This document shows positions 1 through 8,907 of a stretch of DNA of 64,000 nucleotides, piece by piece (position 1 is the stretch's first letter; each line of letters begins with the position of its first letter). Origin of the DNA: an uncultured Gemmatimonadaceae bacterium (GTDB lineage Bacteria; Gemmatimonadota; Gemmatimonadetes; Gemmatimonadales; Gemmatimonadaceae); the NCBI GenBank assembly GCA_963751275.1, contig CAVVTZ010000007.1, forward strand, positions 160,001 through 224,000. The letters are read 5' to 3'. The notes beneath the pieces were generated by a model. That model was given only the letters and a program-made list of their open reading frames with translations, was not told the origin of the DNA and ran no database searches. Made by a program: the position numbers and the translations under genes.

Positions 1-309
1 GCCCGATTTCGAACCCGCGAACGACCTATGGGGCGATGCGCCTCCGGCGAATCCGAGCGCGCGGTCCGCCGCCCCGTCCTCGATCGCACCGGTCTCGCCC
101 TAGCTGCATCCGGCGGTGACGGCGCTCCCTCGGGCGCAGCCATGAGGGGGTGGCAATCGGCTTACATCGCGTAGTACCGCGCCCTACGGCATCCACCTTG
201 CGCGGCGACGATCATTCGCCGTGTTCGTGGAGTTCTCAAGTTCCGGCCGGAGGGATTCATGATAGCCGCCAGCAGAGGTGGCAAGGTCGCTGTCGCACGC
301 GATGCGGAA

Positions 310-1203
310 ATGGCGCGCGGAGCGTTCACCGGACCGATCCTGGTCGCGAGCGATGCATTGAAGGGTGCGGACGCCGCACTCGCGGCCGGACGTGTGCTCG
401 GCACGCTGACCGGCAGTGCGGTGTCGGTCATTTCGGTCGTCGAACCGCTCGCCTTCGTAGGTGGCGGCGCGTCCGTCACGGCCCCCGACGTCTACGTGCC
501 GCTCGATCCGGCGCTCGAGGCCAAGCGTCTCGACGACCAGAAGATGCTCGTGAAGGAGCAGATGAAGCGGTTGGGCGTCGTCGACGCGTGGGAGATCGCC
601 ATTCGCGAGGGCACACCCGCGCAGGAGATCGCGGAGCGCGCCAAGGAGATCGGCGCGGGCATGGTGGTGGTGGGCCTCACGCGGCATTCCGTGCTGGACC
701 GGCTCCTGCTCCGCGAGCGCGCCCTCAACATCGTGCGCGGATCGCATGTGCCCGTGCTCGCCGTTCCGGGTGAACTGCCCGGCCGTCCCGAGCGCATCAT
801 AGTGGGCGTGGACTTCACGCCGGCGAGCCTGGAGGCCGCGCGTGCGGCGTTCGTGGTCGCCAGCGCGGACGCGATGGTCCAGCTCGTGCACGTACGCGCT
901 TCGGAGACGCGCGCTCCGGATGTGCTGGCCGAGTGGCATGCGAACTATCAGAACGCGCTCGATGGCGGGTTCGCGCTGTTGGAATCGCAGATCGACATAC
1001 CACCCGGCGTGCAGCTCGAGCATCACGCGATCAGCGGCCGCGTCGCGCAGACACTGCTCGCGCGCGCCGAGGAGTGGAAGGCCGATCTCGTCATCGTTGC
1101 CACCCATGGCGGCGGCCCCATTCGCCGCATGACCGCCGGCAGCGTGACGTCCCAGGTGATCCGCCAAGCGAACCGCCCCATCCTGGTCATCCCGGCCCGC
1201 TGA
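310..1203 (+). CDS. Tandem universal stress protein (two USP domains)
   Basis: ORF 259..1203. Two USP repeats (ILVASD...GMVVVG and RIIVGVDF...ADLVIVATHG...GSVT). ATG 310 preferred as start. Confidence 0.9.
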   Translation: MARGAFTGPILVASDALKGADAALAAGRVLGTLTGSAVSVISVVEPLAFVGGGASVTAPDVYVPLDPALEAKRLDDQKMLVKEQMKRLGVVDAWEIAIREGTPAQEIAERAKEIGAGMVVVGLTRHSVLDRLLLRERALNIVRGSHVPVLAVPGELPGRPERIIVGVDFTPASLEAARAAFVVASADAMVQLVHVRASETRAPDVLAEWHANYQNALDGGFALLESQIDIPPGVQLEHHAISGRVAQTLLARAEEWKADLVIVATHGGGPIRRMTAGSVTSQVIRQANRPILVIPAR

Positions 1204-1208
1204 CCCTC

Positions 1209-1225
1209 GTCAGGGAAATCCTGAC
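1209..1225. promoter_or_regulatory. Palindromic putative regulator binding site GTCAGG-N5-CCTGAC
   Basis: Perfect 6-bp inverted repeat in the intergenic region before the kinase/regulator genes. Confidence 0.45.
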
Positions 1226-1310
1226 AAAACTGTGGGTGGATGACCGCCGGACTTCGCAGTGTTCCCGACGTAATGTCAGCGACGGGAGTTACGGAGGATC
1301 CGGTGGAGCA

Positions 1311-2321
1311 ATGGGCAATAACATGACGGTATGGCGGGCGGCGCTCGGCGTGCCGCTCTGGGTGAAGCTGCTCGGTGCGAACGTGATCATCGCGGTCGCG
1401 GCGGTGTTCGCCGTGCGCTCGGCGGCCGCGTCCGCGGGGATGAGCACCGAGCCGCTGATGGAGAGCATGTTCGCCGCACTGGCGGTGAGCGGCGTGATCA
1501 ACATCATGCTGGTCGTGATCGCGCTGCGGCCACTGCGTACGCTGGAGCGCACGGCGGCGTCGGTCTGGCGCGGCGACACGAGCGCGCGCGTGCCGCCGTC
1601 GCTCCTCGCGGACCGGGACATGGCGCGGGTGGGCCACACGCTGAATCTCGTCGTCGACGCGCTGACGGCGGATCGCGCGCGCGCCCAGCGGTTCGCGGTG
1701 CAGATCATGCGCCAGTCGGAGACCGATCAGGCCGGGGTCGCACACGAGCTGCACGAGTCCGCGGCGCAGACGCTCGCGGCCCAGATGCTGCAGCTGTCCG
1801 CGATCGCCCGCGCGACGTCCGATGAGGAGACGCGCGACCAGCTCACGCAGGTGCGCGCGCTGACGGCGGAGACGCTCGATCAGCTGCGCGCGCTCGCCCT
1901 GCGCATGCACCCGCTGTCGCTGGACCACCTGGGTCTGGAGGCAGCGCTGCCCCGCTTGGCGAACAGCGCACGCGAGCGGTACGAGCGTCCGGTGGATCTT
2001 TCCCTCGAGTTGCTGGACGATGTGCCGGTGGAGATCGCATCCGTGATCCACAGCGTCGCCGATGAGGCCATCGCCGCCGCCCTGGAGTCGGGGAATGCCA
2101 CGTTCGTGCGCCTGTGCCTGACCGCGCGCGACGGGGAAGCACGACTGGTGATCGAGCATGATGGGACCGTGAGCGAGGAGATGGCGAGCACTTTTGCAGC
2201 GCGGCAGCGGGTGGTACTTGCCGGCGGCCGCTACGACGTGTCGTATTCACCTGTGTCAGGAACCCGCATCGAGGCGACCCTGTCGCTCGCGGCGATGGCG
2301 GGTCCGGAGGAAATCCAATGA
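1311..2321 (+). CDS. Membrane HAMP + HisKA_3-type histidine kinase with degenerate ATP-binding domain
   Basis: Two TM helices, HAMP (LRPLRTLE), H-box VAHELHESAAQ. ATG 1311 follows GGAG. Stop overlaps the next start (ATGA). Confidence 0.8.
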   Translation: MGNNMTVWRAALGVPLWVKLLGANVIIAVAAVFAVRSAAASAGMSTEPLMESMFAALAVSGVINIMLVVIALRPLRTLERTAASVWRGDTSARVPPSLLADRDMARVGHTLNLVVDALTADRARAQRFAVQIMRQSETDQAGVAHELHESAAQTLAAQMLQLSAIARATSDEETRDQLTQVRALTAETLDQLRALALRMHPLSLDHLGLEAALPRLANSARERYERPVDLSLELLDDVPVEIASVIHSVADEAIAAALESGNATFVRLCLTARDGEARLVIEHDGTVSEEMASTFAARQRVVLAGGRYDVSYSPVSGTRIEATLSLAAMAGPEEIQ

Positions 2322-2983
2322 TCGATGTCATCAAGGTCGTACTGGTCGATGATCACGCGGTCGTGCGCCGGGGCCTCAAGGCGGTCCTGGGCATGGCGCG
2401 CGACATCCAGGTCATCGGCGAAGCCTCGAATCCCGAGGACGCCATCGCGATGGTGAGCCGTCTCAAGCCCGATGTGGTCCTGATGGACTTGACGATGCCG
2501 GGGGGCGACGGCGTGAGCGCGACCAAGGCCATCGTGGCGTTGCCGAACCCGCCGCGTGTGCTCATCCTCACGATGCACACCGAGGAGGAGTACCTCATGC
2601 CCGCCCTCAAGGCCGGTGCGAGCGGCTATCTCGTCAAGAGCGCGGCCGACCGTGAGCTGCTGGACGCGGTGCGCGGCGTGGCGCGCGGCGACATGTACGT
2701 GCAGCAGAACGCCGGCCGCATCCTGGCGCGCGGCGTGATCGCGAAGGATCCCGCGGCGCAGGAGCGCAAGCGCTTCGACAAGCTGACGGATCGCGAGCGC
2801 GATGTGCTGGTGGGCGTCGCGAAGGGCTACTCGGCGCGCGAGATCGGCGCGAAGCTCTCGATCAGCCCGAAGACGGTGGACACGTACAAGCAGCGGGTGA
2901 ACGAGAAGCTCGGCTTCACGCACCGGGCGGAATACGTGCAGCTGGCGATCCGGCTTCGCCTGCTGAATGGTGATGAGGGGTGA
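2318..2983 (+). CDS. NarL/LuxR-family response regulator
   Basis: REC domain (LVDDH, LMD, LT, GYLVK) and LuxR HTH (LTDRERDV...ISPKTVDTY). Confidence 0.95.
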   Translation: MIDVIKVVLVDDHAVVRRGLKAVLGMARDIQVIGEASNPEDAIAMVSRLKPDVVLMDLTMPGGDGVSATKAIVALPNPPRVLILTMHTEEEYLMPALKAGASGYLVKSAADRELLDAVRGVARGDMYVQQNAGRILARGVIAKDPAAQERKRFDKLTDRERDVLVGVAKGYSAREIGAKLSISPKTVDTYKQRVNEKLGFTHRAEYVQLAIRLRLLNGDEG

Positions 2984-4218
2984 AGCGGCGCCGCGCGGAT
3001 CCCGGCAAGCGAAAGGCTTCGCCGGCCTCCAAGCCGAAGGCGGCCCGCCGCGTGAGATCACCGCTCATGGAGGCGGTGCGCAGCGGCGATGCGGCGCTGG
3101 TCGCGGCGCTCGACACGTTCCACGCGGACGTGATCGCGATCTCGGTCGACGCGATCGTCTGCGTCGATGAAGAGCAGCGGATCATCCTGTTCAACCGCGG
3201 CGCCGAGATCACGTTCGGCTACGCCGCGGCGGAGATCATGGGAGAACGCCTCGATGTGTTGATCCCGGAGAGCGTGCGGCAACATCACGCCAGGGACGTC
3301 GAGCAGTTCGGCCGTTCTCACGTCGCCGCGCGGCGCATGCACGAGCGCGGCGGGATCTTGGGCCGCCGGAAATCGGGTGAACTCTTCCCCGCCGAAGCAT
3401 TGATCTCCCATCTCGACGTATCCGGTCGCCATGTGTACACCGCCGTGGTCCGCGACATGACGGAACGATACCGCGCCGAAGAGGAGCGCATCCGGCTCCT
3501 GGAGGCCGAACGCCGCGCGCGTGAGGCCGCGGAGGAGGCGACGCGCGCCCGCGACATCGTGCTGGCGGTGGTCTCGCACGACCTGCGCCAGCCGCTGAGC
3601 GCGATCTCGATGATCGCGAGCGCGCTCGCGCAGCCCGATGACGTCACCATGGAGATGCGGCAGGACCTCGCGGGCAGCATTGGGCAATCGGCGCAGTGGA
3701 TGCACCGCATGCTGCAGGACCTGCTCGACGCATTGAACATCGAGGCCGGCCGGCTTTCGATGGAGCCGCACGAGGAATCCCCTGCGGACCTCATCGCCCG
3801 CGCCCAGGCGCTGATCCGGCCGGTGGCCGACGAAGCGGGGCTGCGATTCGAGACGCGCGTCGAGCCGAAGCTGCCGCGGCTCCTGGTGGATGCGCAGCGC
3901 GTGACCCAAGTGCTCGCGAACCTCGGGTTGAACGCCTGCAAGTTCACGCCACCCGGCGGGCAGGTGATGCTGCGCGCGTTCCGGGTGCCGGAAGGCATTC
4001 GCTTCGAGGTCGAAGACACGGGGCGCGGGATCGCCGAGAGCGATCTCCCGCACGTGTTCGATCGCTTCTGGCAGCGGCGCGGCGCGGCGAAGCGCGGCAC
4101 GGGGCTCGGACTCGCCATCGCCCGGGGCATCGTCGAGGCGCACGAGGGCCGTGTCGAAGTGGCGAGCACGCTGGGCCGCGGCAGTGTCTTTTCCTTCGTA
4201 TTGCCGCTCAGGACGTGA
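2980..4218 (+). CDS. Cytoplasmic PAS sensor histidine kinase
   Basis: PAS domain, H-box SHDLRQPL, N box NLGLNACKF, G1 DTGRGI, G2 GTGLGL. Start may be ATG 3067. Confidence 0.92.
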   Translation: MKRRRADPGKRKASPASKPKAARRVRSPLMEAVRSGDAALVAALDTFHADVIAISVDAIVCVDEEQRIILFNRGAEITFGYAAAEIMGERLDVLIPESVRQHHARDVEQFGRSHVAARRMHERGGILGRRKSGELFPAEALISHLDVSGRHVYTAVVRDMTERYRAEEERIRLLEAERRAREAAEEATRARDIVLAVVSHDLRQPLSAISMIASALAQPDDVTMEMRQDLAGSIGQSAQWMHRMLQDLLDALNIEAGRLSMEPHEESPADLIARAQALIRPVADEAGLRFETRVEPKLPRLLVDAQRVTQVLANLGLNACKFTPPGGQVMLRAFRVPEGIRFEVEDTGRGIAESDLPHVFDRFWQRRGAAKRGTGLGLAIARGIVEAHEGRVEVASTLGRGSVFSFVLPLRT

Positions 4219-4412
4219 GCCCCGAACCGGTGACCGGTGGGGCCGCTCGGAAGTCCTTATGGCATCACCCACTGAGCGCGCCGTAATTGGCGCAGCCGGC
4301 GTGGCGGGTTAGATTGTAAAGCGGTAGTCCGGGTCGCCGAACGGGCGTCCGGAACACCGTGCGGGCGCGCCGCTCCGGTTCGCCCGTTCATTATCGCCGA
4401 AGGAAGGTCCCG

Positions 4413-5162
4413 ATGCCGCATTTCGGAAGCTGGGCCGCGCACTGGTGGATGCCGATCCTGTTCGTCGTAATCGCCGGCCATTTGACCAACGTCTGTGTCA
4501 CGCTGTTCCTGCACCGCTCGCAAACGCACCGGGGCGTGACGTTCAGCAAGCTCGTCGAAGTGCCGATGCGGTTCTGGCTCTGGCTCTCGACCTCCATCGT
4601 CACCAAGGAATGGGTGGCGGTGCACCGCAAGCACCACGCGTTCGCCGACCGCGATGGCGATCCGCACAGCCCCGTGCTCGAAGGGCTCCGGAACATCATC
4701 CTGAAGGGCGCGTTCTATTACCGGCAAACGGTCAAGATCCCCGAGATCCTCGAGAAGTACGGGAAGGGAACGCCGAGCGACTGGCTCGAGCGTGTCGTGC
4801 TCTCGCGGCGGCCGTGGATCGGCATCATCCTGATGCTCGGCATCGACATCTACCTGTTCGGCTTCTACGCCGGCCCGCTGGTGTGGGCGGCGCAGATGCT
4901 CTGGATCCCCTTCTGGGCAGCGGGGATCATCAACGGCGTCGGCCACGCGCTCGGCTACCGGAATTACGATGTGAAGGATGAGAGCCGGAACATCCTGCCG
5001 ATCGCGATCTGGCTCGGCGGCGAAGAGTTGCACAACAACCATCATGCCGATCCGCACTCCGCCAAGTTCCAGGCGAAGTGGTATGAGTTCGACATCGGCT
5101 GGGCCTACATCCGGTTGATGCAATTGTTCGGATTGGCCAAGGTCCGCTACGCGCGGGCGTGA
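4413..5162 (+). CDS. Membrane delta-9-type fatty acid (acyl-CoA) desaturase
   Basis: Three His boxes: HRSQTH, HRKHH, HNNHH. ATG 4413 follows AGGAAGG. Confidence 0.9.
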   Translation: MPHFGSWAAHWWMPILFVVIAGHLTNVCVTLFLHRSQTHRGVTFSKLVEVPMRFWLWLSTSIVTKEWVAVHRKHHAFADRDGDPHSPVLEGLRNIILKGAFYYRQTVKIPEILEKYGKGTPSDWLERVVLSRRPWIGIILMLGIDIYLFGFYAGPLVWAAQMLWIPFWAAGIINGVGHALGYRNYDVKDESRNILPIAIWLGGEELHNNHHADPHSAKFQAKWYEFDIGWAYIRLMQLFGLAKVRYARA

Positions 5163-5207
5163 GTCGCCGGCGGCGCGCATCGCGCCGCCGCGCCGGGAGA
5201 TCAACTC

Positions 5208-5483
5208 ATGGACGTGACATGCACCCGCTGCGGCAAGACGCGCGCGGGGTTGGAGCGCCAGCCGTTCCCCGGAGCGATCGGGGCGCGCGCGCTCGCGGAG
5301 ATCTGCGCCGAGTGCTGGGCGCAGTGGCTGCAACAGCAGAAGATGCTGATCAACCATCATGGGCTGAACCTGATGGACCCTCAGGCGCGCACCTTCCTCA
5401 CGCGCAGCATGGAAGCGTTCCTGTTCAAGACGGGGAAGGAGGAACAGGTGGATACCAGCAAAGAAGGCAGCATCAACTGGTGA
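5208..5483 (+). CDS. yggX: Oxidative damage protection / Fe(II) trafficking protein, YggX family
   Basis: PFPGAIGAR...WAQW...QKMLIN...LNLMD...FLF matches the YggX signature. GGAG RBS upstream. Confidence 0.85.
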   Translation: MDVTCTRCGKTRAGLERQPFPGAIGARALAEICAECWAQWLQQQKMLINHHGLNLMDPQARTFLTRSMEAFLFKTGKEEQVDTSKEGSINW

Positions 5484-7333
5484 GTCCGCGCCGCGCGCTC
5501 ACGCCGATCGCGATCGCGCTGGTGATCACCGCGTGTGCGACGCCGCGGCCCGCGGCCGCGCCGCTGGCCACCACCATGCAGCTCGAGCATGAGACCGCAT
5601 GGGGTGCATGCGCGGACGCGGTGGATGCCGACTGGGTGAACTGCGTGGTCGAGCACCTTTCCATGCGCCAGAAAGCGGCGCAGATGGTGTGGCCCAACTC
5701 CTTCGCCGAATACACGGCGCGCGACATGCCCGCGTGGCGGAAGCTCACGCGCACGGTCACGCGCGACGAGGTGGGCGGGATCATCATGTCGGTGGGGTCT
5801 CCGCTCGAGTTCGCCTCGAAGGTGAACGACCTGCAAACGCTGAGCGACCTGCCGCTGCTCATCAGCGCCGACTTCGAGACGGGGGCAGGCTTCCGCGTGC
5901 GCGGCGGCTACTTCCTGCCCAACGCGATCGACCTGGGCGGCGCGGTGAACTTTCCGCCGTCCATGGCGCTCGGCGCCACCGGCGACACGGCTCTCGCTTA
6001 TTTGGATGGATGGGTCACGGCGCGCGAAGGGCGCGCGCTGGGCGTGCAGATGAACTTCGCGCCGGTGCTGGACGTCAACAACAATCCGGCGAATCCGGTG
6101 ATCAGCGTGCGTTCGTTCGGCGCCGATCCGGCAGCGGTCGCTCGGCTGGGCGTCGCCTACGTGCGCGGCGTGCAGAATGGCGGCATGATCGCGACGGGGA
6201 AGCACTTCCCCGGTCACGGCGACACCGGGACCAACTCCCATCTCGCGCTGCCGGTGGTGAACGCCTCACGCGCTCGGCTCGACAGCGTGGAGCTGGTGCC
6301 CTTCCGCGCGGCGATCGCGGGCGGTGTGGCCGGCATCATGACGTTCCACGGCTCCATGCCGGCGCTCGACTCGAGCGGTGCGCCCGGCACGCTGTCGCGC
6401 GCGGTGCTCACGACGCTGCTCCGCGACTCGCTGGGCTTCAAGGGTTTGGTGATCACGGACGCGATGGACATGGGCGCCATCGTCGACACGTACGGCAGCG
6501 CCGAGGCGACCATGCGCGCGGTGACGGCGGGCGCTGACGTGCTCCTTCAGCCGGTGGATGCCACGTCGGCGATCGACGCCGTGACGGCGGGCGTCGTGCT
6601 CGGGCGGTACACGGAGGCGCGGCTCGATTCGTCCGTTCGGCGGATCCTGCGCGCGAAGCTGGCGGTGGGCCTGCGCGCGCGCCGCCTCGTGAACATGGAC
6701 AGCGTGCGCTCGATCGTCGGCGATTCGGCGCACGAGTGGGTCGCGCGGCGCATCGCGGAGCGGTCGATCACCGTGGTGCGGGACTCCGCGCACCAGTTGC
6801 CATTGGCGCGGATGCCGCACACGACGCGCGTGCTCTCGATCACGTACGCGCACCGGCCCGACCTCGGCGCCGGCGTGACGTTCGACGCGGAACTGAAACG
6901 CTGGTTCGGCGGGCTGCGATCCGAGTACGCGGATGCCGATGATCCGGCGCCGGACTATCGGCGGCTCTTGGCGCTGAGCGATTCGGCGGAGGTGGTGATC
7001 ATCGGCTCGTACGTGGCGCAGAATTATCTGGCGACGACGCTCAACGTGCCGCCGGAGTTCGCGGCGTTCATCGAAGAGCTCGTGCGGCGCGGACGGCATC
7101 CGTTGGTCGTGGCCATGGGGAATCCGTACCTGCTGCAGCAAGTGCCGGATGCGCAGACCTATGTCGTGGCGTGGGCGGGCTTCCCGCTGTCGCAATTCGC
7201 GGCGGCGCGCGCGGTGCTCGGCTCGGCGCGGGTGAGCGGACGGCTGCCGATCCCGATCCCGCCGTACGCGGCGCTCGGGGCGGGGATCGATTTCGTTCCA
7301 CTGCCGCTCGGGCCGAACGGACTGCCGAAGTAA
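5480..7333 (+). CDS. GH3 beta-N-acetylhexosaminidase (NagZ-like), probable lipoprotein
   Basis: NFAPVLD, RSFG, KHFPGHG, nucleophile motif ITDAMDM, GH3 C-terminal domain, lipobox-like ITAC. GTG overlaps the yggX stop. Confidence 0.9.
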   Translation: MSPRRALTPIAIALVITACATPRPAAAPLATTMQLEHETAWGACADAVDADWVNCVVEHLSMRQKAAQMVWPNSFAEYTARDMPAWRKLTRTVTRDEVGGIIMSVGSPLEFASKVNDLQTLSDLPLLISADFETGAGFRVRGGYFLPNAIDLGGAVNFPPSMALGATGDTALAYLDGWVTAREGRALGVQMNFAPVLDVNNNPANPVISVRSFGADPAAVARLGVAYVRGVQNGGMIATGKHFPGHGDTGTNSHLALPVVNASRARLDSVELVPFRAAIAGGVAGIMTFHGSMPALDSSGAPGTLSRAVLTTLLRDSLGFKGLVITDAMDMGAIVDTYGSAEATMRAVTAGADVLLQPVDATSAIDAVTAGVVLGRYTEARLDSSVRRILRAKLAVGLRARRLVNMDSVRSIVGDSAHEWVARRIAERSITVVRDSAHQLPLARMPHTTRVLSITYAHRPDLGAGVTFDAELKRWFGGLRSEYADADDPAPDYRRLLALSDSAEVVIIGSYVAQNYLATTLNVPPEFAAFIEELVRRGRHPLVVAMGNPYLLQQVPDAQTYVVAWAGFPLSQFAAARAVLGSARVSGRLPIPIPPYAALGAGIDFVPLPLGPNGLPK

Positions 7334-7349
7334 CCGGTCGCGCGCGCGG

Positions 7350-7378
7350 TTGACGGAACGCGCCGGCGGCGCTATCCT
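7350..7378 (+). promoter_or_regulatory. sigma70-type promoter TTGACG-N17-TATCCT
   Basis: Near-consensus -35 and -10 with a 17-bp spacer, upstream of the NrtR-like gene. Confidence 0.6.
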
Positions 7379-7438
7379 CGCGTACGAACGGATGCGCGGC
7401 GATTAAATTATTCTTTGTTACTAATTCGTGGCGAGCCC

Positions 7439-7466
7439 TTGACATTAGTCGCATGAAGCGACTAAT
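7439..7466 (+). promoter_or_regulatory. TTGACA -35 element overlapped by palindromic operator ATTAGTCGC-N5-GCGACTAAT
   Basis: Perfect 9-bp inverted repeat at 7444-7466, 10 bp before the ATG. Confidence 0.65.
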
Positions 7467-7475
7467 TAGGCGCCG

Positions 7476-8183
7476 ATGCCCGAACGCCCCGCTTCCGCCG
7501 CCTCCCGCCCGACCGCCCGGCGCGCCGCCCTCACGATCGATGTCGTTCTGCTCGCCGCCCAGGGCCGCGGGCTGACGATGCTGCTCGCGCGCGCAGCCGA
7601 TGCGCGCAGCAAGGAGCGGTGGGAACTGCCGTGGGATGGGGTGCGCGCCGACGAGGCGCTGGAGGATGCGGCCGAACGGATCGCGCACACGGCGCTCGGC
7701 TCATCGCTCGTGCAGCTCGACCAGGTGAGCGCGTTCGGCGACCGCCGCCGGCATCCGGGGAACGCGGACCTCTCGGTGGCGTTCCTGGGACTCGTGCCCG
7801 GCGGCGCGCCGGGGCCGATGGGCGGCGACACGGCGTGGTTCCCGGTGGATGAACTGCCGCCGGTGCCGCCGCGGCACCGCGCGATGATCGATGCGGCGCT
7901 GCTCGCGGTCCGCGCGCGGCTCGATCATTCCCCGATCGCCTTCTCGCTCCTGCCGCCCACGTTCACGCTGAGCCAGCTCCAGGAGGTCTACGAGTTGCTG
8001 ATCGGCCGCCGCGTGCACAAGGCGAGCTTCCGCCGCGCCCTGCACGCCGCATGGCTGGTGGAGCCCACGGATGAGTGGCGCAGCGAGGGACGCGGCCGTC
8101 CCGCCCAGCTCTTCCGCTACGCCCCCCGCAAACGGCGCGGCGGCCGCCGCGGCGTGCGGTTCGACGGCCTGGGTAACGGCTGA
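7476..8183 (+). CDS. NrtR-like regulator (degenerate Nudix + winged helix)
   Basis: N-terminal Nudix fold (TIDVV, WELP, LDQVSAFGD) and C-terminal FTLSQLQEVYE...FRR...GRPAQLFRY. Confidence 0.85.
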   Translation: MPERPASAASRPTARRAALTIDVVLLAAQGRGLTMLLARAADARSKERWELPWDGVRADEALEDAAERIAHTALGSSLVQLDQVSAFGDRRRHPGNADLSVAFLGLVPGGAPGPMGGDTAWFPVDELPPVPPRHRAMIDAALLAVRARLDHSPIAFSLLPPTFTLSQLQEVYELLIGRRVHKASFRRALHAAWLVEPTDEWRSEGRGRPAQLFRYAPRKRRGGRRGVRFDGLGNG

Positions 8184-8263
8184 GCCACGAGGCGCCCGGC
8201 GGGGTTGTCTGGAACTTTTTTTAGTTGCAATATGTATATAAGGCATATTCACCGGAGCGTTCT

Positions 8264-8578
8264 GTGGGCGCTGAGCGCAGAGTGCGTGAGGTACCGGACA
8301 GGGAACGCGCGGACGGCGCCGGGTCGCGGATCGTGCGGCTCCCGAGCGGCGTCAGCTGGCGCGCCACGGTCGTCGCGCGCCTCGTCTCCGATGAGGCCGC
8401 CGCCGGCCGCGAGAACGCGCGGCTCGTCGTGCAGCTCGAATGCCTGAGCATGCGCCGGCGCGCGCTGCGCGTGATCGTGCCGGGCGCGCGGTCGTTGGAT
8501 GCGGTGAGTGAGAGTGCGTTGCGCGAGCTGATCGAACCCAACCCGCTGCGGACCATCCGGCGCGCCAGCTCAGTCTGA
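8264..8578 (+). CDS. Hypothetical protein
   Basis: ORF 8225..8578. GTG start after GGAG, downstream of an AT-rich patch. No family recognised. Confidence 0.45.
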   Translation: MGAERRVREVPDRERADGAGSRIVRLPSGVSWRATVVARLVSDEAAAGRENARLVVQLECLSMRRRALRVIVPGARSLDAVSESALRELIEPNPLRTIRRASSV

Positions 8579-8848
8579 GCGGCGCCTCGCCTGCCACTGA
8601 ATGATGCCGCGCGCGACGGCGACATTGTCCGCCGCGATCCCGTACAACTCCTTGAACGCCGACGCCTGTGTCGAGGCACGCGCTTCCGCGATCACCGGCG
8701 GCACATGACCCTCGCGCCGCTTCGGATCGGTGCGACGCTCCACGGACACGCGCGCCTGCACGCTCGGGCTTCCCTCCGGCAGCGCCTCGATCGTGACCAC
8801 GCCGCCGCCCGGCAGCTCGCGGCTGTAGAGCAGCACGAAATCGTCCAT
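8570..8848 (-). CDS. Small hypothetical protein (92 aa)
   Basis: MDDFVLLYSRELPGGG..., globular composition, GC3-rich codons. Confidence 0.7.
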   Translation of the reverse strand: MDDFVLLYSRELPGGGVVTIEALPEGSPSVQARVSVERRTDPKRREGHVPPVIAEARASTQASAFKELYGIAADNVAVARGIIQWQARRRSD

Positions 8849-8907
8849 CGGCGTTTGGAACGACGAGGTCCAGAGCGTCACGCGGCCACCACGGATCGAG
8901 CTGTCAT

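Noticed and set aside
2..103. Possible 3' end of an upstream CDS (PDFEPANDLWG...SP*)
   Set aside because: Too short and low-complexity to support a call.
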